Shown here: positions 1 to 9,155 of the stretch, in pieces
Numbering within the stretch: the stretch's first letter is position 1
How the letters are laid out: each line of letters begins with the position of its first letter
Assembly: GCA_963720265.1 (NCBI GenBank)
Contig: CAVRET010000002.1
Span: 750,069 to 814,068 of the forward strand
Reading direction: 5' to 3'
Length of the DNA: 64,000 nt
Source: an uncultured bacterium
GTDB taxonomy: Bacteria > Patescibacteriota > Saccharimonadia > UBA4664
The notes under the pieces: generated by a model
What the model saw: only the letters and a program-made list of their open reading frames with translations
Database searches by the model: none
Told to the model about the DNA's origin: nothing
Program-made: the position numbers and the translations under genes

Positions 1-138
1 CTTCAGCTGTGCCCGCACGAGTAGCACTGACCCCGCCAGCCCCACGAGTGCACCCAATATCGTGAGCCACGGCCGTGTGCCAAGCCGCAGGTCGGCCCAC
101 AATCCGGCCGATACCAATACCGCCGGGCACACAAACAT
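1..138 (-). CDS. partial membrane protein (N-terminal end; gene continues beyond window start)
   Basis: Minus-strand reading frame with ATG at 138 (plus-strand cat 136-138). It encodes MFVCPAVLVSAGLWADLRLGTRPWLTILGALVGLAGSVLLVRAQLK, a hydrophobic TM-like N-terminus, and runs off the window edge. Confidence 0.3.
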   Translation of the reverse strand, partial: MFVCPAVLVSAGLWADLRLGTRPWLTILGALVGLAGSVLLVRAQLK

Positions 139-280
139 GCGCCACGTCGTGTCAGCTATACTCACAATTAAACTCAGGGCGTTGTCCCGATCCTGCCGGG
201 GGCGCTCTGCCTGGGGTTCACTACTTCTCATTTACCGGCATCTTACCAGATTTAGCCTCACTTAGCAACGCCTAAGGGTC

Positions 281-1105
281 TTGATATTACGCGCTCAGCA
301 GGGCATCATACTCGCACCTATCGTCGTTCTCCACAATCAAAGAACAGGACCTGGCGACATGGATACTGGATCCTATGCATCAGTGGCACTAGGCACTTTC
401 TTTGATGAGCTCGTTCAGCTCATCAACGGCCCGGAACCCGAGGAACTCATCGACCTAACTGGCCGGCGAGTCGCCCCCCGGCTCATGGTTACCTTGCTAG
501 GGCCTGGGCCATACACGCCCGGCGGCGCAGACCCGCGGCTCAGGCCGGAGCTGGCCCGGCAGTTGCTCGATGACACGGCGTTTGCTCTCGAAGCGCTTTA
601 TGAGCATGCTTACCTCCGCCAAGGGCAGGTCGACCTGCACGCAAAGGATCGGCCCACAGCGGTGCATCTGGTGCTAGCGCACTGGGCCCGGGTCAAGTGT
701 ATGCATCTGGTCGCCAGTTATGGAGCCGCAATCCCGCTGGACGAGCGTATCGCAGCCGGAGCTCAGCTGCTCACGAGCCGTTTCGAGTACTGGCCCTTCA
801 AGATCACGGAAACAGGCATCAGCAAGCAGGCCATGATCTTGGCGCAAATCTTCTCACCACAGCAGGCGGGGGGCATGCAAAAGGTCTATCGCCTGCTCGG
901 CGCCGGACATCTCACCGATGCCTGTCTGACGCTCTGGAGATACGAGCACGGCTTCAGATTCCTAGACGACGAAGACCACCACGCGGCCGGGATGGCGTGG
1001 CTACAGTTCGCCCGGGCCCTGCAGGGCAAGCTACTGGAGGGAACCGGTCGCTCAGAGCCGCTACCGCAGTTGCTTGTGCCGCCCAGTTTGCACGCAGTCG
1101 GCTAG
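281..1105 (+). CDS. hypothetical protein (274 aa; start may be the internal Met near 359)
   Basis: Long ORF with protein-like composition and no family recognised. It is followed 20 nt after the stop by a REP-like hairpin. Confidence 0.5.
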   Translation: MILRAQQGIILAPIVVLHNQRTGPGDMDTGSYASVALGTFFDELVQLINGPEPEELIDLTGRRVAPRLMVTLLGPGPYTPGGADPRLRPELARQLLDDTAFALEALYEHAYLRQGQVDLHAKDRPTAVHLVLAHWARVKCMHLVASYGAAIPLDERIAAGAQLLTSRFEYWPFKITETGISKQAMILAQIFSPQQAGGMQKVYRLLGAGHLTDACLTLWRYEHGFRFLDDEDHHAAGMAWLQFARALQGKLLEGTGRSEPLPQLLVPPSLHAVG

Positions 1106-1127
1106 GCCTCACCAACGGTTCAAGCGA

Positions 1128-1172
1128 CCCATGAAGACGGCCCATGCCCCGCTTCATGGGTCGCTCTTCATA
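1128..1172. repeat. REP-like palindromic element, copy 1 (degenerate 3' arm)
   Basis: cccatgaagacggcccatgccccgcttcatgggtcgctcttc. The same element recurs at 12917-12960 with a perfect 14-bp stem (gaagacggcccatg / catgggccgtcttc). Both copies sit 10-25 nt downstream of a plus-strand stop codon. Confidence 0.5.
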
Positions 1173-1222
1173 TCCGGGGCCGGTCCGGCACAATTATCCC
1201 TGGATTTCCCAGATCAACAAGC

Positions 1223-1952
1223 TTGTGGTATAACTATCACATCAAGCCGGCCCCGACACCGGGAGGTGATCACATGGTTGGCCTTGAGCTCTCTCGTACT
1301 GCCAAATACTGCGCGGACGAAGTTGCCTGCTACCGGCGTCGACTGGAACTCTGGGCGCAGGACCTGTTTGATATGCTGCCCAGACGCATGCAGATAGCAA
1401 TAACGGTTGTCTTCTGCGTAGCCGTGCCTCTAATCCTGGTGCTGGTACTCGTGCTGCTCGAGGACATCTCGCCTTGGGTAGTGCGGTCATACGGTGCAGC
1501 GATGGGTGGCATGCAGCCTTGCCGCGATTTTTGGTGGCATGCCTAAGGAAATCATCGAGAATTTCCGCACCAAAACCGCTCCCAGGACGCTGCGAAAATT
1601 CCTATCCTGGGGATTCGCGGCCTACCTGATGCGCACGGTCTACGCCGGCTCTATCGGGGATTTTCTCACTGCCGTGGCCGCTCTACCCGGAGCCCTCGGC
1701 GCCGCCATTTTGCTCATACAGCAGTACATCTATCGGGCACCGCAAGTGGCGAACATTCCCGTGCGAGTGCAGCCTATGCCAGTTGAGGGAGATGGCGTCA
1801 CGTACATGTCCGTCGTAATAACCTGCGGGAGCTTGGCCGAAGCAGATGGGCAACCTGTTACCTGGGCGCGGCCGGGCGAACCGTTTTTTACCTTCGAGTG
1901 CTGGGAAGGGCGCACCACTGTGGGCACATACTGTCGCCAACTCGATCCGTAA
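1223..1952 (+). pseudogene. candidate frameshifted membrane-protein gene (ORFs 1223..1546 and 1494..1952 joinable)
   Basis: The two ORFs overlap in different frames at 1494-1546. An imperfect 28-bp tandem duplication (ggtggcatgc at 1505 and again at 1533) separates them. Removing 1505..1532 fuses them in frame (..AAMGG|MPKEII..). Confidence 0.3.
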
Positions 1953-2061
1953 AACGGCGAGGAGCGGTTGGCCCGTAAAAGAGGGTGGTGAATTCTGCCG
2001 AAGGAGACCACCCGCTTTTGCGGGCCTCCTTCATGCCCTGTGGTGGTAAACTACTAATGCT

Positions 2062-2643
2062 ATGACCGGACGCACACACGACGCCGCGGCTCTGACCGCG
2101 CTCATCATTGCCGCCATTCTGTACCCGCCGGGTAGTATTACGCTGGCAACGGCACTTATTGCTCTGTTGGCCAACCAAATCGGCGGCATCACGCCCGACA
2201 TCGACCAACCCACAGCCCCGTTCTGGCGCAACCTGCCGGCCGAGGGGTTCTTGGGTAGGCTATTCGATAAAGCAGCCGGCGGTCATCGTTTCCTCACGCA
2301 CTCAATCATTGGTGTGGCGGCGTTCTGTTGGCTGGCGCACTGGCTGCTGGTCTTTCTGCATCCCATTATGCCCCACGTGGACATCACGCTCGTGTGGTAC
2401 GCCTTTGTAATCGGCATTGTTAGTCACCTCATAATGGACACGTTCACCAAAGAGGGCGTGCCGTGGCTGCTGCCCATACCTATTAAATTTGGCCTGCCAC
2501 CCTTCAAAGACCTGCGCGTCACCACCGGTAAATCGGTCGAGATGTTCATTATTTTTCCCGGGCTGCTTGTGCTCGACGTTTGGCTGATTGCCCGGCACTA
2601 TCACGCGCTCGTGGCCTATCTGCACCTACATTTGCACTCATAA
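2062..2643 (+). CDS. membrane-bound metal-dependent hydrolase, YdjM/DUF457-like
   Basis: Multi-TM protein with HRFLTHS and HLIMDTF histidine motifs typical of the LexA-regulated YdjM family. Confidence 0.5.
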   Translation: MTGRTHDAAALTALIIAAILYPPGSITLATALIALLANQIGGITPDIDQPTAPFWRNLPAEGFLGRLFDKAAGGHRFLTHSIIGVAAFCWLAHWLLVFLHPIMPHVDITLVWYAFVIGIVSHLIMDTFTKEGVPWLLPIPIKFGLPPFKDLRVTTGKSVEMFIIFPGLLVLDVWLIARHYHALVAYLHLHLHS

Positions 2644-2725
2644 AATCTAAACAGTCAGCCGGTGGTTGGTGCGGGGCGCTTAAGGCCCCAGCACCAACCC
2701 ACCACAACACTTCGCACGACGAGCG

Positions 2726-3157
2726 CTACTCCTCGCACCTCCGCGCCTTGGCCTCGGCGGCCAGCACATAACGGTGCATCGGGAGTGAGCAGAGGTTCGG
2801 GTTGCTCATGGCGTAGACCATGAGCATGCGAGCGAGCGAGTTGAACGCGGCGTCCACGCTCCCGGCCGCGACCTCGTACGCGTAGGTGAACCAGTAATGG
2901 TCCGGCCACTGATGGTAGTTGAAGCGCCGGTGTCGAATCCTACTCATCGCACCGACCACCAGTCGACCGGTCACCAGGTCGATCTCCTCGACCCGGATCG
3001 CGAAGTTGGGATCGCCCAGCAAGGGGACCAGCTTCGCGCACGCTTCTCCTAGCGTCATCTGCGCCCAGCCGGCAAAACCGAAAGTCACGGAATTCTCGTA
3101 AGGGTGATGCGTGGCGGCGCAGGCAGTTACAGCGATCAAATCATCATTACCTTCCAT
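2726..3157 (-). CDS. hypothetical protein (143 aa)
   Basis: ORF with balanced composition. The antisense alternatives are Arg/Pro-rich, as expected for high-GC artefacts. Confidence 0.4.
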   Translation of the reverse strand: MEGNDDLIAVTACAATHHPYENSVTFGFAGWAQMTLGEACAKLVPLLGDPNFAIRVEEIDLVTGRLVVGAMSRIRHRRFNYHQWPDHYWFTYAYEVAAGSVDAAFNSLARMLMVYAMSNPNLCSLPMHRYVLAAEAKARRCEE

Positions 3158-3204
3158 GCCCGTCCTTTCCTCGTTGCTATTATGGTGGGCTGACTATTTG
3201 GATT

Positions 3205-4449
3205 TCAATTGGGTTCTGCCGGACCCGCGCCTCCTTTCCAGGAGAACGCGGGCCCGGCTTGTTCCATCACTTCGTGGCGAGCTTCCGGTCGGCGAACATC
3301 GCCGCGCAGGGCACGTCGGCCTTGTGGAGTTCCGTCGAGGAACACCGGCCGGCCGCCGAGCAGGAAGTCCGGCTGCTTGCCGTCGACCAGCGCTGGCGAC
3401 ACGATCACCGTGTCTCCGGGCGCCAGCTGCTCGCCGCGCGGCCCCTTGGGGTCGTGCCGCAGGATCACCGGACCTTTGGGGGTCTTGATGGTCACCTGCA
3501 GCGCGCGCCCACCGGGCATCGGCACCGGCTGCACCTTAAGGAATTCGATGTCCGCGTCCCGGAGCGCGAGCTCCAGATCGTGGTCGTATTCCATCATGTG
3601 CCGCCAGGTCAGGAGCACCGGCTCGCCGCCAATCGGCTCGGGCGGGCGGAAACCCCGCCGAAAGCCCTCGGCCAGCCAGCGCCAGCGAGCCGGAGTCTGC
3701 GCCGGACGATCCTTCCAGAACGTCTGGTGCATCTCGTGCCGCAGGTGCTGGAACAGCTCCACGCTCCGCCGCCCGCGCGCGTTGTAGCGCACGAGAACAT
3801 AGCCCTGCAGCACCAGGTTCCACGGGTGAAGCGAATTCACCCCCGCCGCGGCCTCGATCCGCATCGGGATCGGCAGGCCGAGGATCACCTGGAGCTGCTC
3901 TTCGCTGTCGATCATGTAGAGGTGCTTGACGACCTCGGCCATGACCTCGTTGAAGAGCTCCCGGTTGCTGAGCATGCTGGCCAGCGCCGCGTGGTGCTTC
4001 AGCACCTCGTGGGCGTTGTCCAGTGCCAGCTTGCGGGCGAAGTCGCGCAGCGCCTCGGGCGCACCACCGTAGAGCACCTGGGCCGACGCTTCGTCGTTCC
4101 AGAACGCCTGCCGGTGGTAGGAACGGAAGTGCCAGTTGTCGTGCGTCTGCGCGAGCCGTTCGAACAGGGCCCGCACCTCTTCACGGCTGTAGCCGGCCGC
4201 CAGCAGCTCCGGCACGTACTTGAGCCGGACGCCGTTGCCGTAGACCTCGTCGCCACCCCACTCCACGAGCGGAACCTCGACGAACTTCCGGCCCAGGCTG
4301 CCGAGCAGGTCGTCCGATGCGCCCAGTTCAAGCGCTTCGAACAGTACCCGCGCCGGCAGGTTGTCCTCGTCCGGATACCTCCGGCCGAGCTCTTCGCCGA
4401 CGGCCGCATCGCGCATGCGAACGATGGTCTCGTTGTCCATGTCGTTCAT
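3205..4449 (-). CDS. hypothetical protein (414 aa)
   Basis: Long ORF with acidic, diverse composition. The mirror plus-strand ORF 3259..4554 is Arg/Val-rich and looks like a GC artefact. A strong sigma70 promoter lies about 230 nt upstream at 4683-4711. Confidence 0.6.
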   Translation of the reverse strand: MNDMDNETIVRMRDAAVGEELGRRYPDEDNLPARVLFEALELGASDDLLGSLGRKFVEVPLVEWGGDEVYGNGVRLKYVPELLAAGYSREEVRALFERLAQTHDNWHFRSYHRQAFWNDEASAQVLYGGAPEALRDFARKLALDNAHEVLKHHAALASMLSNRELFNEVMAEVVKHLYMIDSEEQLQVILGLPIPMRIEAAAGVNSLHPWNLVLQGYVLVRYNARGRRSVELFQHLRHEMHQTFWKDRPAQTPARWRWLAEGFRRGFRPPEPIGGEPVLLTWRHMMEYDHDLELALRDADIEFLKVQPVPMPGGRALQVTIKTPKGPVILRHDPKGPRGEQLAPGDTVIVSPALVDGKQPDFLLGGRPVFLDGTPQGRRALRGDVRRPEARHEVMEQAGPAFSWKGGAGPAEPN

Positions 4450-4682
4450 GACGTCTCCTCCGATGTTTCGAACGAATGTTCTAAACTTGGCGCGGGACCA
4501 TCAGCCCCACACCTCGGATTCGCGCGCCGCGACGACAGACAGGTTGAAGTGTGAACTTGTCAGTCAGAAGGAGGTGAGGGGCGCCCTATGGCGCTCGTCC
4601 CAACGTCCTCTGAACCTACTCTTCATCGCGCCAGTCCCTCCCTTCAAGGTAGAATGTGGTTCTTGCGGATTTAGATCGCAAT

Positions 4683-4711
4683 ATTATAGCATGAAAATAA
4701 TAAATTATCAA
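4683..4711 (-). promoter_or_regulatory. sigma70-like promoter TTGATA-17-TATAAT (minus strand), long leader to CDS 3205..4449
   Basis: Minus-strand -35 TTGATA is plus 4706-4711 and -10 TATAAT is plus 4683-4688, with an exact 17-nt spacer. It lies in an AT-rich islet and IS982 IR-L starts 12 bp upstream. Confidence 0.4.
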
Positions 4712-4722
4712 TAGCCAACTTT

Positions 4723-5629
4723 CCCTGAATCTAAAAACCTAGCCAACTAGAAAACGAGCGGGCGCATACTGTTTCTTGTAAGAGAAAACAAACATGCAAC
4801 CACTCGCTCTCGAATCACATCATATCGTGGATTTATTTGTCGTCATAGACGACGCCGTAGCAGAACCGACCCGGCCGCAGGGTGGCCGGCCAAAACTTGT
4901 TCGTGACTCAGAAATCATTACCCTTTTAATCTGGAATTGTATATCGGATACGCGTCAGCGTACCCTTAAATCCATCTTTCATTGGGCCTTGTTGTACCAC
5001 CGTCGTGACGTGCCCAGGCTCGGTACATATGGGGCTTTTGTGGCCCATTGCCACCGTCTTTTGCCTCAACTTCTCGAGCTTTTGGGGCAGATGCTGGTTC
5101 CAGCCGAGATCCAGCTAGTAGATTCAACCAGGCTGCCGGTGTGCCGTAACCACCGGGCCGACAGTTACAAAGTGGCAGCCGGTCTGGCGGGCTGGGGTAA
5201 AAACTGGCAGGGCTTTTGGTTTGGATTTAAGTTGCACGCGGCGGTGGACGTGGAAGGGTGGCTTTCGGCCGTGACCTTTACTCCAGCTGACGTCTACGAC
5301 GGTCATGTGACGCCCGGGCTGGTACGGCCCGAAACTAAAATTGTAGTGGGCGACAGCCATTACGGCGACAAAATCGCCCGGGAAAAGCTTTGGCGCGAGC
5401 ATGGTGTAGTGGTTGTAGCACCGGTTCATTACCGGCAAGTTTCTCAAATTATGGCTTCGTGGCAACAAAAACTTCTTGCTGCACGAGTCAAAGTCGAATG
5501 CACATTTGACTACTTAAAAGAACATCTGAACTTAGTTAGTTCATTCCCGCGGAGCAAAAACGGCTATCTGCTCCATTACGTCAGGATTTTGCTGGGCTAC
5601 CAGATGGGACGGGGTTTTTAGATTCAGGG
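4723..5629 (+). mobile_element. IS982-family insertion sequence (about 907 bp)
   Basis: Perfect 17-bp terminal inverted repeats: ccctgaatctaaaaacc at 4723-4739 and ggtttttagattcaggg at 5613-5629. They enclose a single DDE transposase ORF, and IR-R overlaps the transposase stop codon. Confidence 0.7.
4794..5621 (+). CDS. IS982-family DDE transposase (275 aa)
   Basis: Length, single-ORF organisation and overall sequence are typical of IS982 transposases. It is bounded by the IS inverted repeats. Confidence 0.7.
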   Translation: MQPLALESHHIVDLFVVIDDAVAEPTRPQGGRPKLVRDSEIITLLIWNCISDTRQRTLKSIFHWALLYHRRDVPRLGTYGAFVAHCHRLLPQLLELLGQMLVPAEIQLVDSTRLPVCRNHRADSYKVAAGLAGWGKNWQGFWFGFKLHAAVDVEGWLSAVTFTPADVYDGHVTPGLVRPETKIVVGDSHYGDKIAREKLWREHGVVVVAPVHYRQVSQIMASWQQKLLAARVKVECTFDYLKEHLNLVSSFPRSKNGYLLHYVRILLGYQMGRGF

Positions 5630-5640
5630 TTAACACATCA

Positions 5641-5683
5641 CTTAACACAGCGAAGCCCCGGAATGGGGATCCGCTGTGTTAAG
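5641..5683. repeat. 12-bp perfect palindrome with nested GC hairpin abutting IS right end
   Basis: cttaacacagcg (5641-5652) and cgctgtgttaag (5672-5683) enclose ccccggaatgggg. It lies between IS982 IR-R and the stop of CDS 5727..6584. Confidence 0.4.
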
Positions 5684-5726
5684 CATGCGCATCACCCCTT
5701 CCAGGGCTGGTAAGTTGTGGCCGGTG

Positions 5727-6584
5727 TTACTCGTCGGCCGTCTCGCGTGGCACGCCGGCGACGTCAAGAACGGCGCCGATCAGTTGGTAGTCGGTCCCGA
5801 AAGGCCAAAACTGCGCACAGCCCCGCGCCCACGGCGGAGCCGGGACCTCGTGCGGCGAGTCGATTGGCTGCCAGGCGATGAACCGCACCCGGAGCCGGAC
5901 AGCGGCGATCAGGTGCCGAGTCGACGCATTGGTGGGTGCAATGTCCCCGTGCTCTCCCTGGATCTGCTCACGAACCAGCAGAACCGGTTCGACCCCGGCG
6001 CCCAGTAGCCTCTCGCATCGCTCGCTTGCATCGACTGCCGATTCGGCGAAGTAGGACTGGAGTTGGGTGCCGGGAACGGTCTGGGCCATGAGCTCGGACA
6101 GGTACTGGACATGATGGTCGTTTTCACTAGCTACCACCAGGCTCACCCGCGCGAGCGGCAGGCGCTGCCACCACAAATACTGGCGCTTCACCTCCGCGAA
6201 TACGAGTTCCAGGAGGCCGCTGGCGCTCTGGCCGAAATCGCCCCACCAGGCCTTGCCGAAGCCGGTCTGCTCATCCCACAGCACAACCGCCGGCTGAGAC
6301 CGAGCTCCCAGGCGCGATTCGTGCGGCTTGAACAGCCGCCAGTCGGGCGCCCCAGTACCAGGCGCGTGATCGTACGCGGCGTGGCCTACCGCTAGCCTAG
6401 CCTCCACGTCGCCGGGCCCCTCGTTTCCGATGTCAACGCGCTTAATCCGGCGCAAGCCGAGCTCGCGGTCAAGCTGCAGGTAGCCGAGCGGCAGTTCGCC
6501 ATGCGGGCCATTGATCGGTACAACGACACTACCAATCGGCCCCGCGGGGACCTCGCCCATTGCGACGTCGTGTCCATACAGCAT
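5727..6584 (-). CDS. hypothetical protein (285 aa)
   Basis: ATG at 6584 is preceded by GAGGAGA 7 nt upstream. The ORF-track start at 6644 is probably too long. No confident family assignment. Confidence 0.55.
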   Translation of the reverse strand: MLYGHDVAMGEVPAGPIGSVVVPINGPHGELPLGYLQLDRELGLRRIKRVDIGNEGPGDVEARLAVGHAAYDHAPGTGAPDWRLFKPHESRLGARSQPAVVLWDEQTGFGKAWWGDFGQSASGLLELVFAEVKRQYLWWQRLPLARVSLVVASENDHHVQYLSELMAQTVPGTQLQSYFAESAVDASERCERLLGAGVEPVLLVREQIQGEHGDIAPTNASTRHLIAAVRLRVRFIAWQPIDSPHEVPAPPWARGCAQFWPFGTDYQLIGAVLDVAGVPRETADE

Positions 6585-6677
6585 CGTCGTTCTCCTCTCA
6601 CGGTTCGGTGTCTGGTACGAACAAAAATGATAGCCTAGAAACAAGCAAAGTCAACCGCGGCTGTCAGCTGTCATACA

Positions 6678-7079
6678 TCAGCCCCGCTGCTCCAGCTCGC
6701 GGATCGCGCCGTGTCCCAGGCCAAAGTAATGCGCTACCTCGTGCCACACGGTTTGGTGCACCAGGCGCTCAAGCTCGGCTTCGTCTCGCGCCACCCACTC
6801 GTGCGGCCGCTGGAATATTGTAATCGTATCCGGCGCCACGCCGTTGTAACCATTACCACGAGCCGGCAAAGGAATGCCTTGATACAGGCCCAAAAGCGTA
6901 CCGCGCCCGTGCAATACTCCACCGGATGTCAGCTGCTGCCGGCTCGGCTCGTCCGCCACCAAAAACGCCACATTCTCGAGATGCGACTTAAACCGTTCCG
7001 GGATCTCGGCCACGGCCCGCTCCACCAGCGTCTGAAACTCATCTTCAGAAACATGAATCATGCACCCAGCATATATCAA
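6678..7079 (-). CDS. zincin-like metallopeptidase family protein (DUF1025/PF06262-like)
   Basis: About 130 aa with a C-terminal HEVAHYFG (HExxH) motif and an N-terminal VSEDEFQTLVERAV..LENV.FLV pattern characteristic of this small family. Confidence 0.65.
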   Translation of the reverse strand: MIYAGCMIHVSEDEFQTLVERAVAEIPERFKSHLENVAFLVADEPSRQQLTSGGVLHGRGTLLGLYQGIPLPARGNGYNGVAPDTITIFQRPHEWVARDEAELERLVHQTVWHEVAHYFGLGHGAIRELEQRG

Positions 7080-7139
7080 ATAAATAATTGCATTTCAGGT
7101 TGGTTCCGGGTGCCTTACTGGCCACCCGGAACCAACCGC

Positions 7140-7733
7140 TTACGGCTGGCACACAAACCGGTAGGTCCGGTCAACCAGCCGCTTCTTCCAGCCCTGCACA
7201 TGGCGGTTGAAGGTTGCCGTGAGCCGCCAGATTGCCGCCGGCGACAGGCTGTAATCTTCCACGATATCCGCTGATGCACCGGCGATCAGATGCATTTGCA
7301 GCTCGGCCTCAACGTTCACCGGGTTCACGACCATGACGATCGCCATGCCGGTGTCAGCTAGCCGGCTCAGGTGGTAGGCGCTGGGTGGTATGTCGGTATC
7401 CGCCGGCACCACAACGGCACGTCTGCCGGCTTTCGTCAGCGCGTCCGCAATCACCGAAGCCGTTTCCCAGTAGTCCCAGTGGTGGGCCGGCTGCCGCACC
7501 ACCAAAACCGGCCGGTCACCGGTCAGCTGCGCGATCTGCTCCGCCACTCTGCCGGCCTGAGCCCTGCCCTCCGTCGTAAGCTCCCACTCGCGGCGATCAG
7601 GACCGCCGGCCGCATCGCACGGCATCACCAGCAAGGCTTCGACGGTCCGCCGCTCTGGCATCGGCAGGGTACCACCGCTCACGGCAAACTGCAGCCGTTG
7701 AAACGCCGACCTCAGCCGGGCTTGACCCCACAT
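7140..7733 (-). CDS. hypothetical protein, paralog family A (member 1)
   Basis: Aligns with the downstream neighbour 7766..8302 (RTVEALLVMPCDAAGGPD vs KTLDVIMMVSPPGTGASGD; RPVLVV vs RPIVII; IPP vs YPP). The true start may be the internal Met near 7661. Confidence 0.5.
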   Translation of the reverse strand: MWGQARLRSAFQRLQFAVSGGTLPMPERRTVEALLVMPCDAAGGPDRREWELTTEGRAQAGRVAEQIAQLTGDRPVLVVRQPAHHWDYWETASVIADALTKAGRRAVVVPADTDIPPSAYHLSRLADTGMAIVMVVNPVNVEAELQMHLIAGASADIVEDYSLSPAAIWRLTATFNRHVQGWKKRLVDRTYRFVCQP

Positions 7734-7765
7734 CTCAGGCCTCCTCTCGATTGGCCTCAGAAAAA

Positions 7766-8302
7766 TCAGAACACGTACTGGCGTGACTCCTCGCGTGCGA
7801 CCGTGCCACCGGCCTCGCCCTGTGCGACCATCATGTAGGTCGCAGTGAGCATGACCACGGAGCCGGGCAGCAACTCGGCGTCCTGCAAGTCGATACCGCC
7901 GCGGGCCAGGTCACTGCCGATGTGCTCCGAACTTGCCACTAGCACGATCACTCCACCGAGCTGCTCGAGATACGGATACATGTTCTCTTGCAGCGGAGGA
8001 TAGATATGGTCGTGCGTCATCCTGACGTCGCAGCCGGCGACCTGCATGCGCTCCAGGACCTGCTGTGCCGCCTGTCCATGGAACGCCGGCGCCAGGCCGC
8101 CGTTTATGATCACGATCGGCCGCTGATTGGCCAACTCGACGATCCTCTGTACCGCCCGGTCGAAGATCGCGGCGCTGTCGCCGACGAGCTGCCAGTTGGG
8201 AACGTCGCCGGACGCACCGGTTCCCGGCGGCGATACCATCATGATGACATCGAGGGTCTTTGTGGTGCCGTGCGTCGTGGACTCTGCCGCTGCACTCGTC
8301 AT
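7766..8302 (-). CDS. hypothetical protein, paralog family A (member 2)
   Basis: 178-aa ORF with an alpha/beta-like pattern (RPIVIINGG..GGVIVLVASSEHIG). It is preceded by the conserved promoter module and AAGGGAG RBS. Confidence 0.6.
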   Translation of the reverse strand: MTSAAAESTTHGTTKTLDVIMMVSPPGTGASGDVPNWQLVGDSAAIFDRAVQRIVELANQRPIVIINGGLAPAFHGQAAQQVLERMQVAGCDVRMTHDHIYPPLQENMYPYLEQLGGVIVLVASSEHIGSDLARGGIDLQDAELLPGSVVMLTATYMMVAQGEAGGTVAREESRQYVF

Positions 8303-8363
8303 CGTACGCTCCCTTGTTCGCTGGATCGAGAATACCTGCTGTTGTTCGCTTGGCGTGAATAAT

Positions 8364-8392
8364 ATTAAATACTAATATAATAGATGAGTCAA
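8364..8392 (-). promoter_or_regulatory. sigma70-like promoter TTGACT-17-TTTAAT (conserved cassette module, copy 1)
   Basis: Minus-strand -35 is plus 8387-8392 and -10 is plus 8364-8369, with an exact 17-nt spacer. It is followed by the conserved ATTATTCACGCC motif and is homologous to the modules at 9026 and 9697. Confidence 0.5.
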
Positions 8393-8396
8393 TGAG

Positions 8397-8443
8397 ACAA
8401 AAAATCACCGGTGGCCGCGCATACGTTCACGCGCGGCCACCGG
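8397..8443 (-). terminator. intrinsic terminator (13-bp GC stem, 10-nt loop, U6 tract on minus strand)
   Basis: ccggtggccgcgc-atacgttcac-gcgcggccaccgg is followed on the minus strand by UGAUUUUUUG. It lies 30 nt downstream of the stop of CDS 8472..8990. Confidence 0.6.
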
Positions 8444-8471
8444 CTACTTCACGAACCCCCCACTTGGTGAT

Positions 8472-8990
8472 TCAACTGGCCCGCGGCGGCCCGGGCTCCG
8501 GATCCGGCTCCGCGAACATCGTCTCCACCACAATGAGAACGGCGCCTCCTCCAGGCAAGTAGATGTGCAGGAACGGCAGCCCCGCGTCGACACCGAGCTT
8601 CGCGCATAGGCCGCGGGCAGCTAGCTTGACCGCGGCCGGCTCCAGCGGACCGGCCACGACCACCATCCCGCGCTTACCAGGCTCGAGCGACTCGAATCCG
8701 GCAAGCGATGCGAAGGATTCGCCCGGATTCTCCTCGGGCACCGCGATGGTGTAGTCGACATAGGCTCGCCGGGCGGCCGCTTCTTCTACTTGACTCATGC
8801 CCTGCGGCAGTCGCAGTAGCCGCGACAACCGCAGGGTCACGAAGCGGGAGCCCGGGTCAATATCTACTACCTTGGGGTTACCCAGGCGGTGTATCTTGGC
8901 CAGCAGCGTCAGAGCCGCCTCTTTCGTTAGCTTCCCTTCTGCCAGCTGTTGCCGACCCGGGCCGTGCACTGTTACTAGCAATGCGTCCAT
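8472..8990 (-). CDS. hypothetical protein, paralog family B (member 1)
   Basis: 172 aa starting MDALLVTVHG and containing AYVDYTIAVPEEN. It is paralogous to 9156..9659 (MKLVVTVYG / EYDYTFAVAEGG). Confidence 0.6.
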   Translation of the reverse strand: MDALLVTVHGPGRQQLAEGKLTKEAALTLLAKIHRLGNPKVVDIDPGSRFVTLRLSRLLRLPQGMSQVEEAAARRAYVDYTIAVPEENPGESFASLAGFESLEPGKRGMVVVAGPLEPAAVKLAARGLCAKLGVDAGLPFLHIYLPGGGAVLIVVETMFAEPDPEPGPPRAS

Positions 8991-9025
8991 CGCCCCATCC
9001 TTCCACTCGTTTGGGCGTAAAGAAT

Positions 9026-9054
9026 ATTAAATACTAAATTAAAACCCTAATCAA
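9026..9054 (-). promoter_or_regulatory. sigma70-like promoter TTGATT-17-TTTAAT (cassette module, copy 2)
   Basis: Minus-strand -35 is plus 9049-9054 and -10 is plus 9026-9031, with a 17-nt spacer. The downstream leader GGAAGGATGGGGCGATG matches copy 3. Confidence 0.45.
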
Positions 9055-9055
9055 T

Positions 9056-9100
9056 AATACAACCATCACCGGGGCCGCGCATATCAGCACGCGGCCCCGG
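9056..9100 (-). terminator. terminator-like hairpin (11-bp stem; compensatory changes relative to copies 1 and 3)
   Basis: ccggggccgcg / cgcggccccgg with a 10-nt loop. The paired positions changed together relative to copy 1 (T to G in the 5' arm and A to C in the 3' arm). The downstream tract on the minus strand is U-rich but less clean. Confidence 0.5.
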
Positions 9101-9155
9101 TTGTCTCGCCGTCCAGCCTGGGACCACGAGTGATTCACTCCGCCGTTTCCGATCG

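Noticed and set aside
3259-4554. 431-aa plus-strand ORF mirroring CDS 3205..4449
   Set aside because: It is Arg/Val/Pro-rich low-complexity translation, typical of antisense frames in high-GC coding DNA. The minus-strand frame has normal amino-acid composition.
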